Position numbers and translations under genes: made by a program
Shown here: one piece after another, positions 57,832 to 64,000 of the stretch
Layout of the letters: every line of letters begins with the position of its first letter
Position numbering within the stretch: position 1 is the stretch's first letter
The notes under the pieces: generated by a model
The model's database searches: none
What the model was told of the DNA's origin: nothing
Seen by the model: the letters and a program-made list of their open reading frames with translations, nothing else
DNA from: Candidatus Sungiibacteriota bacterium
GTDB lineage: Bacteria > Patescibacteriota > Minisyncoccia > Sungbacterales > HO2-52-23
Assembly (NCBI GenBank): GCA_016432465.1
Contig: CP066690.1
Span: 786,724-850,723 of the forward strand
Direction of reading: 5' to 3'
DNA length: 64,000 nucleotides

Positions 57832-58981
57832 AAATTTTAATCATGTTCTCAATCATATCACGGAGCCGAAACCTTGTCTCGGATTTTTTTCTGGCATTTT
57901 CGCCAAGGGTTTTGCGTAGTCGGACATCTCTCAAGAGAAGGTCTAGGGTCTGGGTAAGCCTTAGGGGGTCTTGGGGCGGTATCAGGAGACCGTCGTGCTG
58001 GTGCGTAATCATATCCGGTATGCCGCCTACGGAAGTTGCGACAATCGGCAGACCCGCTTGCATAGCTTCCATTATGGTGTAGGGTAGTCCCTCTTTGAGC
58101 GAAGGCAAAATAAAAATATCAAAGCCCTTAAGATAGTGCGCCGCTTCAGGAAGAAAATCAACAAGAAATACTGAACCATGCAGTCCAAATTCCTGAATAA
58201 GGTTTTGAAGTTTGGAACGTTCTTCCCCCCAGCCAATGAGCAATGTCAAACATCGAATGTTTGACATTGCGTAGTTGGGGTTGTGCAGGGCCTGTAGGAG
58301 ACCGGTTAGTCCTTTATTAGGAGTAAACTCGGCTATAGTTCCTATGATAATAGTGTCAGTTTCAAGTTTTTTGGATAATTTTTCCGCAAAAAAATTACGG
58401 GCAGCGGCGCGTTCCATAAAATTAACCGGCCCGATTCCGTTATAGATTAAGGCGAGTTTTCTGCTGGGTATAAATTGTTTTGCCGCGTTAAGGTCGGCGG
58501 TATTTATTAGAATTATTTTGTCCTGAAATAGCGCCCCCAACCAACTTAAAAATCTGATAAATTTTTTCTGCCACCACGGGCGTTTCTCGTTAAAGGGCCA
58601 GCCGTGGACGGTGAAAATAGTTGTAAGTTGTAAGTTGTAAGTTGTAAGTTTGGCGGCGAAAGCCGCAATAGCGCCGAGGCCGCCGACTTTGCTGCTGTTT
58701 AAATGTATAATATCCGGTTTCTCGCGCACAAAAATTTTAAAGAGGTACCAAAGAGACACCAACTCTTTCCATAAATTTATGTCGCGCTGGAGTCCGGGAA
58801 TAGTAATGGTGCGGACTCCCGCTTTTTGTAATTTATCAAAAAGCGGACCGGAACCACCGGTTGCTACCACCACCTCGAATTGACCCCCGGGGAGATTTGT
58901 CGCCAAGTCAAAAATGTACCGCTGGGCTCCTCCCCAAACGGATTTGGTGATTACATATAATACTTTTTGGTGGTAGGCCAT
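57824..58981 (-). CDS. GT4 glycosyltransferase
   Basis: 'ITKSVWGGAQRY', 'IHLNSSK', 'FTVHG', 'IYNGI', 'PSLKEGLPYTIMEAM'. Confidence 0.92.
   Translation of the reverse strand: MAYHQKVLYVITKSVWGGAQRYIFDLATNLPGGQFEVVVATGGSGPLFDKLQKAGVRTITIPGLQRDINLWKELVSLWYLFKIFVREKPDIIHLNSSKVGGLGAIAAFAAKLTTYNLQLTTIFTVHGWPFNEKRPWWQKKFIRFLSWLGALFQDKIILINTADLNAAKQFIPSRKLALIYNGIGPVNFMERAAARNFFAEKLSKKLETDTIIIGTIAEFTPNKGLTGLLQALHNPNYAMSNIRCLTLLIGWGEERSKLQNLIQEFGLHGSVFLVDFLPEAAHYLKGFDIFILPSLKEGLPYTIMEAMQAGLPIVATSVGGIPDMITHQHDGLLIPPQDPLRLTQTLDLLLRDVRLRKTLGENARKKSETRFRLRDMIENMIKIYA
58620..58650. repeat. Heptamer tandem repeat (GTTGTAA)x4 within the GT4 gene
   Basis: GTTGTAAGTTGTAAGTTGTAAGTTGTAAGTT; encodes KLTTYNLQLTT. 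Confidence 0.85.
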
Positions 58982-59057
58982 ACAGGTAATATAACGTAAT
59001 TTGACTTTATTTGGTCAACATGATAAATTGTCGTAAGAGCATTGCGGAGGCTAAAAC

Positions 59058-59519
59058 ATGAGGATTTTCTTTATCTGCAAGGTGAGGGGAGTAACTGAAG
59101 ATAGTGAAGAGTATCAAAGGCAAAAGGCATATGTTGAGGAATGGGAACGCCAAGGGCATGAAGTGCATTGGCCGCATCGAAACACAGAGCAGAAGGATCC
59201 TAAACACGGCACTGGAATATGCCGCACGACCTTTTGGGCTATTTTTTGGTCAGATGAGGTGCGCGTGTTATTTGATCCTACAAGTGAAGGTTTTATTGCG
59301 GATATGATGATGACTTTTGCTCTGAAAGAGCTGGGTAACAATAACCTCTTTAAACGGTTTGTTGGGAGGAGAAAAGTTGTTGTCATGAATCCAGAGGCGC
59401 TGGAGAGAAAAATCGCAGAAGAAATAGAACAACAGATTATAAAAGGAGCAGATCCGCTTTTTGTAAAAAGTTATGCTATGGTTCTTCAGGATTTTGCCCG
59501 TGAGACGGCGAGTTTCTAG
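59058..59519 (+). CDS. Nucleoside 2-deoxyribosyltransferase-like / Rossmannoid small protein
   Basis: 'IFFICKVR', 'GHEVHWPHR', 'SDEVRVLFDPTSEG...D'; GGAGG RBS. Confidence 0.6.
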   Translation: MRIFFICKVRGVTEDSEEYQRQKAYVEEWERQGHEVHWPHRNTEQKDPKHGTGICRTTFWAIFWSDEVRVLFDPTSEGFIADMMMTFALKELGNNNLFKRFVGRRKVVVMNPEALERKIAEEIEQQIIKGADPLFVKSYAMVLQDFARETASF

Positions 59520-59631
59520 TTATGTCCAACGCGGTCCAACATTTAACGTTGGACATTTTTTATAATCCGGCAGACTAATTATTGTGGATAAATCCCCTTG
59601 ACTTTTTAAATAGGAGGATTATAATATAGGT

Positions 59632-59726
59632 GTGAGTGTCTTTTAGGAGGTGTTCCGCTTACAGCGGAGTATTCCTAAAACTCCAATTTGTCCGCGTAAA
59701 ACCCCCTTTCGGGGGTTTTACGTTTT
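59632..59726 (+). ncRNA. Candidate small RNA
   Basis: TTGACT-16-TATAAT promoter (59598-59625), a long hairpin, then terminator CGTAAAACCCCC-TTTC-GGGGGTTTTACG-TTTT; no ORF. Confidence 0.45.
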
Positions 59727-59884
59727 GGATGGGTCTCATCCACACCAAGCAGATAAAATATGAAGCTCCACGGGCAAGCCTGTGGTATCCACGGTTTCAT
59801 GGTTAAGCCTGTGGTCTTCTGGTGCGTGGATAAAAGTCTAGGGGGGTCACAGAGGGTTTAACTCCAATACACTTGTCCTTCGTC

Positions 59885-60008
59885 CCCCACCCAACTTTGA
59901 CCGGAGATTTACTTACAAGGCGCCAGAAGGGTTTAACTCCAAAACTTTGTCCTTATGTGAGTGCCGGCTTCTGACGCCGTGAAAATAAAATGTCAAAGTT
60001 GGGTGGGG
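59885..60008. mobile_element. MITE-like element with 17-bp perfect TIR
   Basis: CCCCACCCAACTTTGAC...GTCAAAGTTGGGTGGGG. Confidence 0.6.
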
Positions 60009-60123
60009 AATAAATGAGTGCCTGCTCCATAGCCCATCAAGAAAAAGGTGGGAGGATGAATGAGTGTCTCTAGTAAACCTTCTTGCTTAAACCCCTCATT
60101 ATTATATAACATAGATCTGTAGC

Positions 60124-61161
60124 ATGCCAGTAACTATAAAAGAAAATATCTCCCTCGCGCCCCACACTATATATAAAATAGGGGGGCCTGCGCGATATTT
60201 TGTGGAGACGAAAAATTCAGATGAGCTTAAACAGGCGCTTGATTTTGTAGCAACAAAAAAAGTTCCTATTTTTGTTTTGGGAGCAGGCTCAAATATATTA
60301 GTGAGCGATAAGGGGTTTGATGGTTTGGTAATTCGTATGGCCGGCGGGGAAGTTAAGGTTGAGGGCGAGAGATTGACTGCGGATGCCGGAGTTATGATGG
60401 CGCAAGCGGTATTGAAATCAGCGCAGGCTGCTTTAAGCGGTTTTGAATGGGCCATCGGAGTTCCCGGAACTATTGGCGGATCGGTGCGGGGCAATGCCGG
60501 GTGTTTCGGCGCAGAGATGAAAGATGTCGTTGAATCGGTGAAAATTCTTGACTTGGGGAAGTCGGACTTCCCAAGGAAGTCCGACTTCCTGATATTGAAA
60601 AATACACAGTGTGAGTTCTCGTATCGCGATTCAATTTTCAAAAAACATCCGGAGTGGATTATTCTTTCCGCGACCCTAAAACTTCAAAAAGGAGATCCTG
60701 CTAAAATTCAGGAGAAAATAAAACGCATTACTGCCGAGCGCGCACAAAAACAGGACATTGGCACCAAATCCTGCGGGTGTATTTTTAAAAATATTTCTTG
60801 GGCCCCGTTAGAGGTAAGCCGCCCCTTGGCGGCTGCCGCCGTGCCGTCCGGGCAGGGCGGACCTCTAACGGGGTGGGCAAGAAAAGATATAAATAAGGAA
60901 AAGATTCTTTCACAATTTCCCGAGCTTGAACAATTTAAGGATCAACCCAATGTCCCGGCCTCGTTTCTTATTGATAGGGCAGGACTTAAAGGAAAAAGTG
61001 TTGGACATGTTTTTATCTCCCCAAAACACGCCAATTATTTTGTAAATGAGGGCGGTGCAACGGCTGAAGGGGTTGTCACGCTTATTGGGATTGCCAAAGA
61101 CACCGTGCGACATAAGTATGAATTGTCGCTTGAGGAAGAAATACAGTATGTGGGATTTTAA
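60124..61161 (+). CDS. murB: UDP-N-acetylmuramate dehydrogenase with two repeat-derived in-frame inserts
   Basis: 'HTIYKIGGPA', 'GAGSNILVSD', 'GVPGTIGGSVRGNAG', 'FSYRDSIF', 'SCGCIFKN', 'SPKHANYFVN', 'LEEEI'. Confidence 0.95.
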   Translation: MPVTIKENISLAPHTIYKIGGPARYFVETKNSDELKQALDFVATKKVPIFVLGAGSNILVSDKGFDGLVIRMAGGEVKVEGERLTADAGVMMAQAVLKSAQAALSGFEWAIGVPGTIGGSVRGNAGCFGAEMKDVVESVKILDLGKSDFPRKSDFLILKNTQCEFSYRDSIFKKHPEWIILSATLKLQKGDPAKIQEKIKRITAERAQKQDIGTKSCGCIFKNISWAPLEVSRPLAAAAVPSGQGGPLTGWARKDINKEKILSQFPELEQFKDQPNVPASFLIDRAGLKGKSVGHVFISPKHANYFVNEGGATAEGVVTLIGIAKDTVRHKYELSLEEEIQYVGF

Positions 61162-61223
61162 GGGCTTGGCCTAAATTTTCAATCCCGACTGGTCGGGAGA
61201 AGAAAATTTAGCTGCCAAACCTT

Positions 61224-61375
61224 AACCCCGCACTAATTTTGCCGCGTAAATCTGGGCAGTGCACCATTGAAACCTGAAATGGAATACATTTGCAGCCCGC
61301 GCGTGCCGAATAGGCACACACCGTTATGGGTGAGGCGGGCTGCCCCGTTTCATGTTGCAAAATTAGTGCGGGGTT
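61224..61375. mobile_element. MITE-like element with 19-bp perfect TIR
   Basis: AACCCCGCACTAATTTTGC...GCAAAATTAGTGCGGGGTT. Confidence 0.65.
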
Positions 61376-61581
61376 GATGACTATTGCAAGATTTAAATGG
61401 ATATGGTATTATGAAATTATAAAAAAGCTAAGCTCTTTTGATTAAGTTTGCGAGTTCGCCATAGCGTTTGGCGTGTTTGGAAAGCACTTCAAACGCTGTG
61501 GCGAATGGGAGGGTTAAATCGGTGCTCGCATGGTGCGACTGCCGACAAAACCGCGCTACGGCTCGTGCAAGGAGGCCCATC

Positions 61582-62190
61582 ATGGGCGACCATACCAATC
61601 TCATCATTACTGCAGTGAACACGCTGACTGCGAACGCGGACCTGGGGTCATTAGATCCCGAACGGTTCCAGGTCCAGGACCGGATCATTCGCGATGGGCA
61701 GCGCGCCGGTCGCGAGTTCCGGAAGTTTCTCGAGCTCGGCGCCGAAATCCAAATTGTGGTGCCTGAGCTCCATGTCATCGACTGTCGTATCGCCTCGATG
61801 CCACGAGAGTGGCGAGAGACTGGGTGGAAAGTCGAGTGGCACCGCAACCTCGGGCATCAGGTCTTCACGCCTGATGCCATCCGTCTGCACCTCGCCGAGG
61901 AGCAGAAGGATGGCAGGATCGTGCGCGGCGACAAGCTGCGCAAGATCATCGAGACCGAGCCGGTCCTCACGGACAACTGGCTTGACTTTCTCCTCGAGCA
62001 TCCGGAGTTCATACCGGAGTCGTGGAAGGGGAAGGCCATCTTCTTCTGGGGGACTGGCTACCGCCACCCCGACGGCGGCCTCTACGTCCGTTTCCTCTCT
62101 TTTAGTGTTGGGCTGTGGTACTGGCGCTGCTACTGGCTCGGCATCGACTGGTCTCAGTCGTACCCGGCTGCGGTGCTCGCAAGCTCCTGA
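61582..62190 (+). CDS. GC-rich hypothetical protein with a DGR variable-region-like C-terminus
   Basis: AGGAGG RBS; 'LDFLLEHPEFIPESWKGKAIFFWGT...VRFL...WYWRCYWLGIDW...PAAVLAS'. Confidence 0.7.
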   Translation: MGDHTNLIITAVNTLTANADLGSLDPERFQVQDRIIRDGQRAGREFRKFLELGAEIQIVVPELHVIDCRIASMPREWRETGWKVEWHRNLGHQVFTPDAIRLHLAEEQKDGRIVRGDKLRKIIETEPVLTDNWLDFLLEHPEFIPESWKGKAIFFWGTGYRHPDGGLYVRFLSFSVGLWYWRCYWLGIDWSQSYPAAVLASS

Positions 62191-62349
62191 TCGCTTGGTC
62201 GCTGGGTCACTTGTGCGCAAGGCACTTTGACCCTCTGACCCTTACCTGCCATCAGGCAGGCAAAGAGTCGGTTCACCCCTGGTGGACCGACTCTTAAATT
62301 AACTATGATTGAAGTCGAACTTCAATCATTAAAACTTCAATCATTAACT

Positions 62350-62457
62350 GCCACGGCGGAGGAAGTGGCGACTCTTGTTGAAACTGCAAAAGATACTGTG
62401 CGGAGAAAGTACGGCTTGCTACTTGAGGAGGAGATACAGTATGTTGGGTTCGTTTGA
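62350..62457 (+). pseudogene. Duplicated 3' fragment of murB
   Basis: Translates ATAEEVATLVETAKDTVRRKYGLLLEEEIQYVGFV*, 26/34 identical to the MurB C-terminus (61057-61161). Confidence 0.85.
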
Positions 62458-62513
62458 TACCCCTAAAAAGCTATGCTAAACTGTTTTTGTGGTTCTTTTT
62501 GGGGGCGTAAATA

Positions 62514-63011
62514 ATGCGGAAACTAGGCAAGTTCTTTCGTGCTGGTATTATTTTAGTGGCTATTTGGGTTTTTGGATTCTATGCGGGGTATCAGTACAGC
62601 TGGCGAGAGAGTGCTTGGCTCAAGGCAGGAGATTTTTATATGGCAGATTTTGATTTACACGGTTGGACAATAGCCGAGGTTAATACCGCAGGACGTCTGA
62701 GAGCTATCTTATGGGAAGAGATGCGGAAATTGGAAGAGGGCAAAAAACTGCCATATGCGAAGTGGGAAGTCAAACTCGGAACTCACAAGAAGACAAAGAG
62801 GCCGGCACTTCTTGTTATTAAACATCGTACTCTTTATTGGTCACCTGTCGTTATATATTCAGTAAATATGAAAGATATGGATTTGGTGAATGGCCCGAGG
62901 TTGCGTCCCATAATGGAGTCTGTGAAGAGTAGTAACCCAGAAGTTGTATACAAAGAATTTATAAGATCGGATGTCGTACCGGTAGTTTATCGACGACTTT
63001 ATCAAGATTGA
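62514..63011 (+). CDS. Membrane-anchored hypothetical protein
   Basis: 165-aa ORF with an N-terminal TM helix. Confidence 0.6.
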   Translation: MRKLGKFFRAGIILVAIWVFGFYAGYQYSWRESAWLKAGDFYMADFDLHGWTIAEVNTAGRLRAILWEEMRKLEEGKKLPYAKWEVKLGTHKKTKRPALLVIKHRTLYWSPVVIYSVNMKDMDLVNGPRLRPIMESVKSSNPEVVYKEFIRSDVVPVVYRRLYQD

Positions 63012-63099
63012 GACAGTGGTGCACCGCACCACTTTTATTTATAAAAGAAAGTTATCCACACTTGATTATAAATAAATTTTTGTTGATTATTAAACTATA

Positions 63100-64000
63100 A
63101 TGACTAACGGAAACGGAGCATCAAGCGAAATAAAAACTCCATTAAAATTTTTATTTGTGTCGCTGGAAAGTCTAAGCGGTGATTTGGCTTGGACCCTGAA
63201 AAAAGAAGGACATGAAGTTAAAGCATACATCAAAGCTAAAGGCGACCAAGATGTCTACAACGGATTTATTGATAAAATAGATAGATGGGAAGACCATACG
63301 GATTGGGCAGACATTATTTTATTTGATGACGTATCGTTTGGTGAGACCGCGGAAAAACTGCGTAAAAAGGGTAAGCTGGTGATTGGAGGGTCGGTGTACA
63401 CCGACCGGCTTGAGATTGACCGCGAATTTGGCCAGCAGGAGCTGAAAAAGCACGGCATCAGTATTCTTCATAGCTGGAACTTCAATGGTTACGATGATGC
63501 GATTGCTTTTCTAAAGGCCAACCCGGACCGCTATGTATTTAAACCGAGCGGCAATACACCTTCGGTCGGCAAAGGGCTTTTATTTATTGCTCAAGAAGAA
63601 GACGGAAAAGATCTTCTGGAGCTTCTGGAGAGGAACAAAAATGTGTGGCAGAAAAAAGCGCCGTGGTTTCAGCTGCAGAAGTATGTTTCGGGTGTGGAGA
63701 TTGCAGTGGGCGCCTTTTTCAATGGCCACGAATTTATTTATCCGATTAATGTAAATTTTGAACACAAGCGTGTATTCCCGGGAGACATCGGTCCCTTCAC
63801 CGGTGACATGGGTGCATTGATGTTTTGGGATACGCCCAATGTTCTTTTTAACGCTACACTGGGTAAAATGCTGCCCGCCCTGCAGACTTCGGGCTACATT
63901 GGGTATATTGACATTAATTGTATTGTTAACGGACGCGGTATTTATCCTTTGGAGTGGACTTGTAGATTCGGGTTTCCCACGATTTACGTACAACTTGAAG
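63100..64000 (+). CDS. Phosphoribosylamine-glycine ligase-like ATP-grasp protein (runs off the window end; absent from the ORF track)
   Basis: Manual translation from ATG 63100: 'DLAWTLKKEGHEV', 'TDRLEIDREFGQ', 'YVFKPSG', 'GVEIAVGAFFNG', 'FEHKR.FPGDIGPFTGDMG', 'LEWTCRFGFP'. Confidence 0.85.
   Translation, partial: MTNGNGASSEIKTPLKFLFVSLESLSGDLAWTLKKEGHEVKAYIKAKGDQDVYNGFIDKIDRWEDHTDWADIILFDDVSFGETAEKLRKKGKLVIGGSVYTDRLEIDREFGQQELKKHGISILHSWNFNGYDDAIAFLKANPDRYVFKPSGNTPSVGKGLLFIAQEEDGKDLLELLERNKNVWQKKAPWFQLQKYVSGVEIAVGAFFNGHEFIYPINVNFEHKRVFPGDIGPFTGDMGALMFWDTPNVLFNATLGKMLPALQTSGYIGYIDINCIVNGRGIYPLEWTCRFGFPTIYVQLE

Noticed and set aside
59840-60030. Twister or other self-cleaving ribozyme
   Set aside because: The TAACTCC/GTCC/GAGTG words are suggestive, but the required pseudoknot pairings could not be built by eye.
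61651-62230. Long overlapping ORFs in other frames over the GC-rich gene, and similar shadow ORFs across the window
   Set aside because: Expected by-products of GC-rich codon usage opposite or within well-supported genes; no RBS or motifs.
34391-63060. DnaA boxes (TTATCCACA at about 34391, 43775, 59583 reverse and 63052) as oriC
   Set aside because: They are single and scattered, with no cluster and no dnaA or dnaN nearby.
1-64000. CRISPR array, rRNA, integrase, transposase or prophage structural genes
   Set aside because: No regularly spaced repeat-spacer array, rRNA-like sequence or recognisable recombinase, transposase or capsid motifs were seen.
1-64000. Alternative genetic code (TGA=Gly, as in Gracilibacteria)
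   Set aside because: Conserved genes such as nadE, nadD and nadK end at TGA at their expected C-termini.

Overview
A 64-kb bacterial chromosome segment in genetic code 11. The gene repertoire and repeat style suggest Patescibacteria/CPR, probably Parcubacteria (inference). Main blocks: (1) a ~16-kb NAD supercluster (4.5-20.3 kb) with nadD, nrtR, glutamine-dependent nadE, pncA, pncB, nadK, nadA, nadC, Nudix/ADP-ribose enzymes and a radical SAM protein. No nadB or nadX is present. Instead, a Helicobacter-type malate:quinone-oxidoreductase-like flavoprotein lies directly upstream of nadA-nadC and carries the same 21-bp palindromic operator (TAGTGT-N7-ACACTA) found before nadD-nrtR-nadE, nadA and an unknown 153-aa gene. 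This is the best candidate for an undescribed system: an alternative iminoaspartate-forming step of de novo NAD synthesis. (2) Housekeeping genes (htpX, rdgB, tRNA-Ser, dnaG, rpoD, tRNA-Asn, murB, purD-like). (3) An AT-rich defence-like island after tRNA-Asn (LexA-methyltransferase fusion, PD-(D/E)xK nuclease, DUF4238, HEPN-like protein). (4) A direct-repeat-flanked cassette of a divergent pyruvate kinase, a vWA protein and a J-domain Ser/Thr kinase. (5) A surface-glycan cluster (44-59 kb). (6) Several families of miniature palindromic elements, some inserted in frame in nadE, dnaG and murB and twice in a pseudo-tRNA, plus candidate structured ncRNAs and an orphan DGR-target-like gene. All product calls come from reading motifs by eye; no database search was run.
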